Source: Macrostomum lignano (lineage: Eukaryota). Taken from it: a stretch of DNA of 64,000 bases. Made by a program: the position numbers and the translations under genes. Location of the stretch: assembly GCA_002269645.1 (NCBI GenBank), contig NIVC01001176.1, forward strand, positions 248,001 through 312,000, read 5' to 3'. A model generated the notes under the pieces. It saw only the letters and a program-made list of their open reading frames with translations. It had not been told where the DNA came from and made no database searches. The first letter of the stretch is position 1, and each line of letters opens with the position of its first letter. Of the stretch, positions 10,254 to 22,566 are shown piece after piece.

Positions 10254-10789
10254 AGTGTTAGTGATAAGTCTTTATCCTTATTAAGGTGTATCAACGGATC
10301 ACTGCTTATTATAAGACTACAGTGCCCAACACTGCCTATATGCACGGGACAATAGGGTAGGGAACCTTTATTGATCAAATTAGTTTTTTTTTGTTATCGC
10401 TGTCAGGCCTTTGTGTTTTACACTTTCCTAACTATATTAAACAGTGCTTATGCATTTCCTGGTCACCTTTTTCTGTGGCGGGTCGGTCTGGCCAGCATGG
10501 CTGTCCCGCCTTATCCTCCTCGTCGGCGACGTCGAGTGCAACCCAGGCCCGCAGACTTGGCTTTCTTCTGTGTGCGAGATGATCATCGCTAAAAATTGCA
10601 CTGTTGTGTCAGAGGCGCAGAAACATCGATCTCAAACTGGAATGCCAACTTGCGGGAGTGGTAACAGCACGGCCAAGTCTCTAGAGCCTCAATCACGGAA
10701 ACGCCGGCTCAACCAGCTGTCACTCCAATGACAAATCCGAGGACACCACCGTTTTGGGTAGCTCCCACAGCCACCCTTCGCTCAAAGCC
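10254..10789 (+). repeat. Segment B, copy 2
   Basis: Direct copy of 8239-8816; follows segment A copy 2 almost directly. Confidence 0.92.
10450..10731 (+). pseudogene. 2A-like peptide + PHD-type module, copy 2 (frameshifted)
   Basis: GDVECNPGP at 10525-10551, then QTWLSSVCEMIIAKN. A 37-nt deletion relative to copy 1 removes RSSVQCTVCNGW. Confidence 0.7.
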
Positions 10790-13045
10790 GAGTTGAGAGA
10801 TGGGAGATGATTGATAAGAAAGTGCAACGCCATGGCAACCAAACACTGGGAGTATTTAAATAATGAATACTATAACTGCAAGAAAAAGCTATATAATAAG
10901 CCCTAAGCTAAGCAATTTTATAGTAAAAATGTGGGGTACAATAGGGAAAAGTTAAATAAGATTTAGACTATATCAGTAGCAATAAAATTACTCGAATATG
11001 ATAAATAGGCAGTAGCTACAGACTACCAATAAAATAGGCAGTACTTAAGAAATGACACTAACTATTTATTAAATTGACACCCCGCCGCCGATTGAACTGC
11101 AGCCGCCGCCGGTGAAGAAGCTTCCCACTACTACGGCTGGCAGCGAAGGCGACGGCAGCAGCGGCAACGGCAGCTACAAGTGGTGGTACTCGTTTCCTCC
11201 GGACTCGACTGAGGAATTCCAAGCTATGCCTGGGAGGCGGGGCGCATATATTGGTTAAACTAAAGGGGAACGGATAAGGCTTGCTACTCCTACGCGACTC
11301 TGTCAATTCAACCATTCCCGAACCGCGACTGCTCGACAACCCATTATGGCTATGCAAGCCCAACTCGAAAGGACGAGGAAGACGGCGGATCAATGGTGGT
11401 GGCTCTGTTGGCGGTTGTGGGAACTCGAGTTGCTGCTGGAGGACGGCTGGCCCCGTGACACGAAGCGGGGTGCTCGGCGGGGTTCACGGCTCCTGTCAGC
11501 GTTCAGACGGCTAATCACATCCGTCCGCAAGTGGTGTGAGCGCCGCCTCTAATGGTGGCAGGAACTCCGGCAAGTCGAGGAGGAAATTGTAGCGGGACGT
11601 CGCTGGGGCAATTTTATTCTAGTTTACTGTAATTGAAGGGGGCAACTGACTAAAGGTAGGGCTGACTTGAGTTTAATTTTCCTTTTTTGTAATTTTCTGT
11701 ATAGTTCTTTTTGTAAATATGCTAGCTATGGCTGAATGATTTATTAGTGTATATATTATTGTTGCAAAAACCCTTTTTGTGTGTGAATGTTTATAAAATA
11801 CATAACCCGTTCAACTTTTTAAATCAACGCAGGCTGCTTTAAGAAAAGGGGGAAATATGGGCAGAGTTCTATTTTAATAAGGTGGGTGATAGATAGCGTT
11901 AATGTAGTTTTTTATTAAGAAGAAAGCAGAATAACTGGCAAAATAACTAGAATACAAGCTCTGTGAGGTACCAAACGGCTTTTGCCACTGGCAATAGGGA
12001 GATGGAAGAAAAGTTGAGGTTATTTTGGTCTTAATCCATCATGCGAAACGGGAGGGGGCTAGGAACAGATCCCAGGGTCAGAGATGTCAGAGATTGCGGA
12101 AAAAACATCGCTGGGCAGGTGATGAAGTGGCAGGATAAGGCTGGCCTGGACAGTTTGATTACGGAAAGGATTTTCTCGGTGGAGATAAAGTTGAGTGATG
12201 GTTTTAACCAAAAAGGGGGGTTTCTCGGGGGAAGATTGAGGGAGCATGCGAAGTCTGGCTTACGCAGTTTGCTTAAGATAAGAATGTTTATCAGGGAGCT
12301 GAGTAAACAGACAAGAAAATCCGCAGCATTATGAATGATTTACAGGAAGCTGCCAATAGGATCAGCAATCCGGAAAAAGCTTTGGTCGATAAGAATTTGA
12401 TGGATGGAGCAGGTAGGCCTTGCAAACAGTAAATCTTGGGCTTAATCAAGAAAAAATGATGGATGAAGCACGCAGGCTCGGCAAACAGCGAATCTTGGGC
12501 TTTAATCAAGGAAGATAATGAATGGTCAGGCAAGCAGCCTGTCTGAAAAAAGCTAAAAAGTTCTTTCTGACAGCAAAAATTGATGGAGCAGGGTTTTCCA
12601 GTCAATGTTTGCTCTAGCGATTTTGTTTGAAGAGTTCGTCAATTTGTGTTTTGCGTTTTCTTTCTTTCTTTCGGGCGTTTAGCGGCGCAGGGGATTTGAG
12701 ATAAGCCAGTTTTCTGGATGTGGCCACACTGGGAAAAACCGAGGAGGAAAAACGAATGGCGCAGTCGCTTTGGAGAGTCTCATACTTGTATGGGGAAGTC
12801 CAGAGCAAACGTTGCTATTCTGTGGAAAAGCAGTGAAGAAAGAGGCGTCTAACATTGAATAAACTTGAACAATTGTTAATGCTGATTAACACTTAATTGC
12901 ATAATTTTTACTTGTGGGAATTTGTTTCTGTGATTATATCAACTCTAATAATGTGAAAGTGAAAACCATATTTTTGAAATGAATAAACTGGCACTGATAA
13001 TAACATCTCTGGAATTAAAATTAAATTAAAAACACACTTATCACA

Positions 13046-13990
13046 ATGAACAGCAGCAGCGGCAGCATCAGCAGCGGTGTAGATCAGCGGCGCCAGCGGC
13101 TAGTGTTTATTACAGAGGAGGTTCTATCACCACCCTCTGTGGCGGCGGCGGCAGCAGCGCTACGTCGTGTGGGCCGATCACCCTCAATCCTGTGGTACTG
13201 GATTGGGGGAGGCCGAGTAGGCCGAGTGCCGCCTCGCACTGCACAACAACTCGGTTTTCGAGTCGTTGAGGAAGTTTCGGATGACGACGACGACGACGGG
13301 TGCGAGGGCTCAAACCGCAGCAGCAGCCGCAGCAGCAGCTCCAATGGCGGCGAATTCGTAGGTTGGTGCGGTGGTTTTTATTGCGGCAACGAGTGTTGCC
13401 AGCCCGGAAAGGGTTGTGAATTAAAAGGCGCCAACAGTGAAGAATGGGGCGGTGCCACCGCAGCAGCCGAAGAAGCCGCCGCCTCCGCCACCGCAACTGC
13501 TGCTGTTGCAGCTGTCGAGTTGGGAAGCCGCAGCAGCAGCGGCCTGAAGCAGAAGAAGAGCAGCCGATTGGGCATCAATTTAGCCCCTCGGATGGGGCTG
13601 CTGCACAGTACTGACGCTGCTAGTGGAAAGGCTGCTGCTGCAGCTGACGACGACGAAGAGGCCGCCTACTAAGAGTTTTTGCGGCGTTGGTGCCGCGAGC
13701 CTGACTTGGACATGGTAAATAATTGCAGATTTTACTATGGATGCATTTTACCCGAAAACTTTTCATTTTGCGACTAAAAACTAATTGGTGATTCAAAGCT
13801 TCAATGCATTATAGCGGAAAACTTTACCACCCATTCCCTTTTCTAGCTAGCTGACTATTGTTTTGGCACCCCTTCTGAGGAGCGGGCATATTATGCCGCA
13901 AAAAAGGAGAGGGCTGAGTATGAGGCTGAGCTCCATGATGAGACAGCCGAAGACTTGGACAGACTGTTCCCCGGCTCGGGGCTTTGTTAA
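13046..13990 (+). pseudogene. Possible two-exon low-complexity gene with an in-frame stop (13046-13714 + 13847-13990)
   Basis: After TAA at 13670-13672 the frame continues EFLRRWCREPDLDM to atg|gtaaat. Acceptor ttttctag|cta continues in phase 0 as LADYCFGTPSEERAYYAAKKERAEYEAELHDE...GLC*. No recognisable domain. Confidence 0.3.
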
Positions 13991-14367
13991 TATTGACAAT
14001 TTAATGTTGCCTGCACGCATTTTTATTTTCATTCACCTTGTACATAGCTTGTTTTTATCAAGTGTTGTGTCTGCACTCAATCTAAATTTTCATGCACCCC
14101 ATACCATATATCTTAACTCGCTATATCATTAAATGTTGTATATGCACACATGCGTTATCCACATGCACCTCGCGCATTAGTTTCAAATAAATTGTTTTGT
14201 AAAATTTTAATATTGTGTTGAGATTTTACCATTTTTCGAGTAATGGATTAGTATTAGACGAGTATTAGGAGTATTAGAGTATTAGATGAGTATTAGGATT
14301 AGTAATAATAATTTGAATGAATAATTATAAGAACTACTGTATCTAATTTTCTCATATTCAATAACAG

Positions 14368-16607
14368 GTTCTGTTGAACGAAATGCGCGAGGCAGCTGCT
14401 GCGCGCCAAGGCCTTGATCAACCAGTTTGTCACCGTCCTTTTTTGCGGTATGCACGTTATCGCTAATCTCGCTGGTGCATCTGAACAAGGTCTGCGGGAG
14501 TTCGAAAAGTGTGAGTCCGGTGATCTAATTGGCGCCGCCGCTGTGCCTGGTTTTCGGCCTTCACAAGCTGAATCCGGCACACAGAGACTCATCCGGACTG
14601 TATGTAAAGCATTCCATCATCTCGGCAGTGAGCAGTGTGGTGTCTGTCCCGTTTGAGACTTACTTACAGTCGCGAGGAGCGCCACCCTTCCGGATGGCTG
14701 ATTTTCTAGGCAACAGGGCCTATGTTACGTTCCCCAATGGGGGTGTGTTTTCTGGCAGCGGAGTCTGCTGAGGAGTTTTTTAATTGAATATCCAGCTACC
14801 AACCACTTGCTACTTGCCGTTCAAGCCGATTTGGAGCCTGACATTCTGCTTGCTGGATGTCGCGCTCTTGGTTTGCTGGACTATTTGCTGATTCGGCCAC
14901 TGTGGATACTGCTTCGTAGCAAGCGAGAGTCCGTTAGCATTGTTAACATGAACGGCAAGTACGAGCTGGCTTGCAACTGGCTGCGGGAGCTTGGCGTTAA
15001 GTCCGCAAACAGCCATTTTGACCGAAACCAAAGGGCCGTATCCTGAGTTGGTTAACAAGGTCTTCGAAGACTCAACCGATTGCGAAATCTGGGCCGCGCT
15101 GACAGATCCCGAGATCCCGGAGCTGCACACTGAGTTTGCATGCCATGCTCTGCAAGTAAAATTGTAGTTTTAATAAAACTGCTTTGATAAATTGTTGCCG
15201 TATTACTATATGCATACAGTCATGCACTTACTACAGAAAATCTTACTCCACTTGCCAGGTACTCGCTGCCCATGTTGGTCCTGCTTGAGCGCGAGGTCAC
15301 CACCTATCCTCCTGGCGGATCGCTGAGTTCACTCACACCAGAGCGTGCGGCTTTCACAGCTAAGGCTCCGAAAGACAATGTCGCTGGTGAACGAGCTTTT
15401 GGCAGTCTAGATAAAGGCATTGCCGATAAGCCCAATATGAGACCTCTGGCACGAGAATCGGCAGTTCTGTTCGGCCAGAATTGCACTTCGGAATGGCTGT
15501 GAACAAAAAGTGAATCTGAGCAGGAGCAGATTCTAAGTCGCTCTAGGAAGCTGGCCCCAATTATGCAGAAGCGATGGAAGGATAGCGCCGAGGCGCTTTG
15601 CGCTCGCCGTCAGGAGCTCCTCTAAGCTAAGCTGCTTGAAAAGGAGAGAAAAGAGAAATCCCAGACCTCACGTCTCTTGGATCTTCTCACCGACGTGACC
15701 AAATATGGCGGTCCTTGGCGCAGCCCGTCTCAAATGGACGAAGCCCTGAAAAAGTTGCCACCTCAGCAGCATGAGTCTGCAATTAAGGCACACATGCGAT
15801 TTTTCAAGCATGGCGCCACAAGTAAGTCCCTAAGTAATGTTTCTAATACTACAGTAACATGATTTCTTAGAAAATAATTTACAGAGCAACAGATTTAACA
15901 AAAAACTAAAACATTATTTTATAGAAATTACCCTTCCCAAAGACATGCCTGGACTCCTAAACTTCAGCGAAGGAGGAGTCCAGCGCAATTGTCAGCAGCT
16001 TCGCGCAAATCTTCACGAGGCATTAGTACTACTTCTGAATCGGGAGACTGAAGTTGCTCAGTCGGAGAATAGCTCGACTGGAACAGAGCTTCACCCTGAT
16101 CGGCTTGACCGCATTCAGAAAGTAGTTGATGAGAAGCTTCGACGCCAATCATCATTGTCAGCCAAGCCATCCACCATTGGTCGTGGTCGAGGACGTGGAC
16201 GTGGATGCACACGCGGACGCGGACAATGTGGGCAAGGTCAATTATGTGGATCTAGCCAGTCCAGCCATTCTGACCAACCAGTTCCATCTGCTGTCAGTGG
16301 TGCTGAAGTTAAAGAAGGCAATGTTCGAACACTGGCAAATTTGCCAGAGCTAGTAAATTGTAAGGTGGAAATGAAATTTATTTATGATAATGGTGAATAT
16401 TGGGAGCAGGCTGACGTGACAAGATGCATTGCTACTGCTGGTTGTAGCAAAGATGTCCTCGATCAAAAGTTTGGTGTAGTGTTTGAGGACTTCCCAGGAG
16501 TTGAAGAACATTACGACCTCTATAAAGACTGGCTCTCTGATGATCTGCGAGTCCTATTGAATGTGGATGATGATTATTATGAGAGCTCCGACTCTGAAGT
16601 GCATTAA
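14368..16607 (+). pseudogene. Decayed intron-containing DNA transposase (hAT-like; CxxH motif)
   Basis: Fragments across frameshifts and stops: FCGMHVIANLA (CxxH), ESGTQRLIRTVCKAF, DFLGNR, LLAVQADL..LLAGCRALGLL, PKDNVAGERAFGSLD..KPN (resembles the hAT C-terminal N-x3-ERxF motif), GGPWRS..AHMRFFK. AT-rich GT-AG introns at ~15153-15258 and ~15820-15923. Confidence 0.55.
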
Positions 16608-17249
16608 GAAATTGATGAGTAATTACAATTTATTTTAACAATAGCAACAACTATTACTTGCTAAAAAAGCTTGCTAGAAAGTAGTATTGCCATAAGAATT
16701 TCTGCCTTTAAATTTAAAATAACTTTAATTCAGTTAGATGATGAGAATTTGGTCTATTGTAAAATATAGATATTTACTCACGCCATTTACCTAATTATAT
16801 GAAAACTAAATGCAAACTTTCTAATACTGCGCTAGCATGTAGAGTTCTATGTTTTCCAAACTTATTTGTACATTGTTTTCAAATGAAAATATAAAGAAAA
16901 AATAGATATGCTTTTATTTTTACTTTAAAATTAGCTTAAAAAATGATTTCTTATGAGAATTTCATGTATTTTTAAGACACCTCAATTTTAGTGAGTGCAA
17001 GGTACAAGGTAAAGTTTTTTTGCTATATATATTAATTTTTGTATAAGAAATCAAATAGAAAGAAAAAAACAAGCTGCCGACAACATAAACACAAAAAATT
17101 GCTTGTAATTTTTTAATGGCAAAATATATTGATTGAAAAGATTTTCTTGAAAAAACTATTCATTGAATAGCAAATTTATTCTACATTAGTTTTTAATAAG
17201 AACTTTTGTTTAAACTCTGTTATCTATGAAAAATGTAACATTTTTATGA

Positions 17250-17621
17250 GTCTCCCTAAAACACGCACCGCACCGCCCCGAACCGCTACACATTATAACA
17301 TTTTTTGTCAATGCATTATTTGATTGCAAGGAAAACTATTTGTTGTAAGAGTAATGGAAAAAAATATCTTTAATTATTATTATAAATATTGTTATTATTT
17401 TTTATATTCTCATTTTCATTATTAAATTATATTATTATTAATTTATTAATATTATTATTAATATCACTTATTATTCACTGAATTTTATATTTCAAATTAA
17501 AAAAAAGTAAATTTAATAAAAGCTTTGAAGCTTAATAGAAAACACATTTTTTAGTGTCCTCAGTTATAGTCCAATTTGTTTTAATGTATAGCACTGCAGG
17601 GCGGTCATGTTTTAGGGAGAC
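17250..17621. mobile_element. Inverted-repeat pair (MITE, or adjacent ends of two DNA transposons)
   Basis: gtctccctaaaaca(cgc)accgc at 17250 versus gcggtcatgttttagggagac ending at 17621; AT-rich interior; no TSD seen. Confidence 0.5.
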
Positions 17622-18211
17622 CCCATTTTTACAGTACCATTTTTCCATGAAATTGGACTCAATTTCTAGTTTCTACTAAAAACTGTGTTTTGTTAGATGG
17701 ATATAACTTTGCAATTATTCAACCAATCTATTCATGTAATACATTGTTGGAAAGCATTCTTCCTATAGAATATTTCCTTTTAAATTTCTTGTTTTTGTTT
17801 TTTATTTATCCAAATAAATTTTTAATCTGAAAAAGCTTTTTTTGCCCATTTTTTGTTTTGGTCACTTTTTCTATGCATCTTACCAAAGTCCTTATATGTT
17901 GTCACCGAAAAGGCTGTCAGAAAAATGTTTTGTCTCCAAAATGTCCAGGGCAGTGTTGCCACTACAACAACCAAAAAAATATCACAGGATAAGAAAAAAA
18001 TTGCAGGAACAAATTTTTTATGTCATAGAAAAAAGGCGCCAGTATGCGAAAACAATTTTCTTTTTTAGCTTTCCATTTCTAATTCCATCTTCTATTTGAC
18101 CAAAAAGAACTACTACAATTTGCAATAACTGCATGCAACTCTCATTTACGCAGAATCAGTGAAGTAGTCATACAACACAAGCATTTTCTTAAGGGAAGAC
18201 AGGCATATATA

Positions 18212-18820
18212 CACTCAGCAACAATAGAAACCGCCACCCTACCAAGAGGCAACTTTTCTCTCACCTCAATTGCAAGTAACATAACTTACACCACGGCGTG
18301 GCTAAAGCTGGGTGAGAGTGAATTCCAGTATGAGAGTACAAAAGGGACGGGTTGGGGTCAGGGGTGCAATAGTACACGTGACAATGGTCAGGCATATGAC
18401 AGATGCTGAACGATAATGCGCTGTTGGCATGCTAGATGCTGGTGCATCCATCAGCGCAGTTGCTCACCGATTTGGCTGATCACGTTTAACAATCCAAGCG
18501 CTGTTAATGAAGTCCCAAGATACTGGTAGTGTTCAGCACGCAGCCATAGGTAGCCAGCGCCATGATCTCTGCGGCTCAATAGCCAGGGCAAATCAACATC
18601 TGTTGCGGATTATCAGGCAAACTCCAACCGCCAGCCACCCTGCTCTGTCTAATTTGGGCTTGGGGTAAAAGAAGCAGATGGGACATCCCCTGATTGCCCT
18701 CTTCTGCATTTACTCTCACCCAGCTTTAGCCACGCGTGGCATAAGTTATGTCACTTGCAGTTGAAGTGAGAGAGAAGTCGCCTCTCTCAGTAGGGTGGCA
18801 GTTTTGACTATTGCAGAGTG
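18212..18820 (+). mobile_element. Non-autonomous Tc1/mariner deletion derivative
   Basis: ~120-bp imperfect TIRs (cactcagcaac...ctgggtgagagt / actctcacccag...gcagagtg) with TA on both sides. The interior encodes a decayed Tc1-type HTH: TDAER*CAVGMLDAGASISAVAHRFG*SRLTIQALLMKSQDTGSV. Confidence 0.85.
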
Positions 18821-19109
18821 TATAATATAGATTACTGACGTTCATTATGGAACCAACCCAAGTAACCAACTAAAACACAAGACACTACCTATAACCATTG
18901 ATGAGTAATAACAATTTTACAACTAAATTTCATGCTATATTCCAGTTGTCTGAATCTGTTCTCAATTCTATATAGTTGAAATGAATTCTTTTAGTATTTT
19001 AATTGTTGATAAATGTCAGTAACTACAGGGGAAGAAATACTTTTATGCGAATCTTTGTTTGGCTAGTCAAACATTAGTTAGGCAAAACTGCAGGCTCTTC
19101 AGTGGATGT

Positions 19110-19274
19110 TCATTTTTTCTTTGGAACCTTTGGCAGGACAGATCGAGCGCCAAACTCCGCCTGTCTCTTTCGCCGAGCCATTTTGTCAACAGCTTTCTTC
19201 AGTGCTTGCTTGACCACAGCATGCTTAATCTCCTTTTGCCAAGCTTCAAAACTAGAGGCTTGCACAGCCTCATG
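19110..19274 (-). other. Possible orphan terminal coding exon (basic, NLS-like C-terminus)
   Basis: atatag| acceptor followed by HEAVQASSFEAWQKEIKHAVVKQALKKAVDKMARRKRQAEFGARSVLPKVPKKK*; no upstream exons identified. Confidence 0.25.
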
Positions 19275-21302
19275 CTATATTGATGACATTCATAACACTT
19301 AAATTGAGCAAAAAATGAAACAATGAAACATAGTACTTGATAAAAAGCTGAAAGGACTGGTGTCCATAAAAAATTGTAGGAAACTAGCAAAATGGACAAA
19401 ATTATCGCTGAGCAATTAAAAATCGCTGAGCAATAAAAAATCGCAGTGGTGGCAACACTAGTCCAAGGACTGTGTGAATGTATAGTTAGAATTTTTATGA
19501 CATCAAATCTGCTAAAAAAGATGCAATAATGCAATATGTGAACTATATCTCCCGAAGAGATATGGGCTATGGCTTTGTATAAAACTGTGTACAAGTTCTA
19601 AAATTAACATTTTTCTATACTAAATCTTCCTTGTAAGAATATTCAAACAGTAGTATTGCAGAAATAGTTACATAATAAAACAATACGAGAACAATCCAAA
19701 TATATTAAATCTCTAATCCAAATATACTAAATCTCTAAGGTTTGTATGTCATAACGCTGACCTCTAGTTAATTATTCTGACTATATAAATATAATATAGC
19801 TAACTACGGGTCTGCGTTGCACTGTAGCTTATATTTAACATAGTATATCAGAAAAAAAAACATTGTAACTTACATGCTAGGAGCTTGCGCGGTTTTAATA
19901 AAAGTTAACGTAGAGCCCAGACCAGACTCACTGACCAAAACTATGGGCGCTCCAAAATACAACTGAAACGAAAAGCCTGATGCTGAGTGAGGCCCATACA
20001 AGTCTGGGTTGGCTCTGTCCGTCTGACTGAATGACTGAATCAGCGGAATTTATAATGTTCAACCCCCCCCCCCACCCCACCCCTTCGTGCAGGCCGCGAG
20101 GGGTAAAGGAGAGAAAGGGAGGCAGGCAGCCAATGTACGGGCCAGCCATTCGACAAGAGGTAGAAAATCGAGGGAGTTGACAAACCCAGTTTTGGGGTGA
20201 GTGAGGAGAGAAGGCTAGCTGCGTGCACGGTCATACGAGAGACGAGAGAGAGATATCGATCGGTTCTGTTCGGTTCTGTTTTGTGGGTTCCCTAAATTCT
20301 GGGCAAGGGCCACACCAGACAATTCATGACTCATGGCTAGGAGGAGGCAAGGGAGGAGAAAGAGAAGAGAAAGAAAAAAGAGGAGAGGAAGAAAGGAGAA
20401 ATGAAGCTGAGAAGAGACAAGCCTTGAGCGGGCCGGATTGCTGTTGGGAAGATTTAAAGGAGTCGAAGCGAAGGTCCTGAGGGCCAGATAGGGAGGAGAG
20501 GCTTCACGGAGCGCATCCGCATGTAGAGTTTGCCGATGCCGAGCCGGCCATAGTCTAGTCAGTTTGGCTATACAGTATACACCGCCTCTACAGTCCTACA
20601 CTATAGAGAAATGGAAGCGACACTTATTAAAAATGAGGAGGGAGGCGGACCAACATAGTCAAGACATAAGGACGGGGAAACGGAGAACGAATTCCTTATT
20701 TATGCGGCGGCAGGAAAGTTCAAAGAAATGATATTTAGCATAATATAACTCCAGTCTCCAACCTGGAAAAGTTGTGATGTAGAAATTTGAAAACTTTTTT
20801 GTTACTACTTAATTTTTTGAAGTTGGCTTTTTAATGACACCAATCAGTTTTCAGATTTGCTGGAAAAAAAAGTTTTTGGCATCAAAACTAACAAATTTGT
20901 AAGATCGATTGAAAAGACACAACAGTTGCTAGCGCCCCAGTGATCTAGCTCCACGTTCGCTTTAGAAGTTAGAACCCGTTGAGCTGGCACTCCTTGATCT
21001 AGCGCCACAATTGTCCCTGGAGCTGTTGATATAGCTCCACAGCTGCTACAGCGCTTCTTAATCTTGGCCAAGTTCCTAGCGTCCAATCAAATAAGTTTTC
21101 TCTGATTGAATGATGCCCCAATGAAAGTAAAACTCAGCAAAGTTGAAAAGTCGCCACTCCATGCGCCACTGAGCAATTTCTCTTGGACTATTCTGAAATA
21201 AAAGATACGATAAAACTGATTGGGGTAGCTTTAACCCGTCCAACCCTCGCACACCGCTCACCCCCCCCCCCCACTTCATTCCTCAACTCAAGTCTGCCGC
21301 TT

Positions 21303-21967
21303 GAGTGTCTCAAAAGTTCCCGGAAGTTTTGCTCTAGCTCCTCAGTACCTTGACCTTGACATTGACTTTTCCCCCTGTGGGGGCGGCGAGTGTGGCTGCT
21401 GGTCATTCAAAGTGGACTGGCCATCGTTGAACCGTTGGATTTATCTGTAAATAGCTGTTTTCTTAATGCTGTTCACACCATGGGTTGAGAAAAAATGATT
21501 TGCAGTTTTAGCTCCACTCCATCCTGCAGACCACAGGGCGAAAACTTGACTCCGCTTACTCCCAAGGCTATGGAGAGAACTCGTCTTTAAATCTTTAGCC
21601 AAAAGCAACAATTTAGAATGGAATAAGCAAGCGCTGGCACCACTAGATCTGATCAGCAATTTTACCAGTTTTATCCATATCCGTTTCCACATCTTTCTGA
21701 CGAATTCAAAGTAAACTTTTGCAAAAAAATTGATTATTGAAAAAGGACACCACAGACATTCGAGGTTGTGTAACACTAGTACTGACCTTCCTTCACATTT
21801 CCTGCAACTCTGTGTAACTCTTAACGGAAACCAGATAAAAAGAAAATTCAAACTTGATGTTTTTCGCTGCAAAATTATCTTTAATTTGACACGTAAAACA
21901 TAAATTTGGTCCATGGTACTGAGGAGCTAGCTATAAAGCAAAAGTTCCAGGAACTTTTCGGACACCC
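21303..21967. mobile_element. MITE nested in the left TIR of the dUTPase-carrying element
   Basis: Ends gagtgtctcaaaagttcccggaagttttgctctagctcctcagtacc and ggtactgaggagctagctataaagcaaaagttccaggaacttttcggacaccc are imperfect inverted repeats; the sequence is absent from the right TIR. Confidence 0.75.
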
Positions 21968-22566
21968 CTCTTAAGTTGCGTCACTCGCAAAGATTGAGAG
22001 ACTTTTCCTGTCGCCGTCACAAAAAGCTGGGGCGACCACAGACGAAATCTTCTGTCATGGCGACTTTTGGATGTTGCTGAGTGTACATGCACTCATGGCT
22101 ACGCCCCCGCCCCAGAAAAAGAACTGACGTACTAACTAATATTTGACTACGCCAAATAGACAAAACTCATATTTATAAGTTTCATAAGTTTGAAAATTGA
22201 TCAGTGCAAAATTGGTACGTACGTAGCGTGAAGTAGCCTTTTTGATACAGCCGTTTATAAAAGTAAACCGCTGCAGATTGTAGGCCCATTTACATGTATG
22301 GAGCATGTTGTGTGGCTGCTCACTGCTTTCAACACGCTATAGCACTGCGAACTGCGATATATTCAACAACTGAATTTCAGATGTAGCTGATCACATAACT
22401 ACCGTTAGTAGAGATGTTAGAGTTCATTATATTTTTATGAAAAAATACGCCATTTCAATTCAGAGTTTATTTTCTGCATGTAAAAGACAAATCAACAATT
22501 CTGTTCATCATAAAAGCTGTTATAATGCATTGTATTTTATTTAATAATTACAACAGTTGGGACAGG

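Noticed and set aside
11058-12900. Coding-like GC-rich patch and possible decayed retroelement
   Set aside because: No recognisable domain or consistent frame; the resemblance to 13046-13700 (VRKWCER versus LRRWCRE) is too short to support homology.
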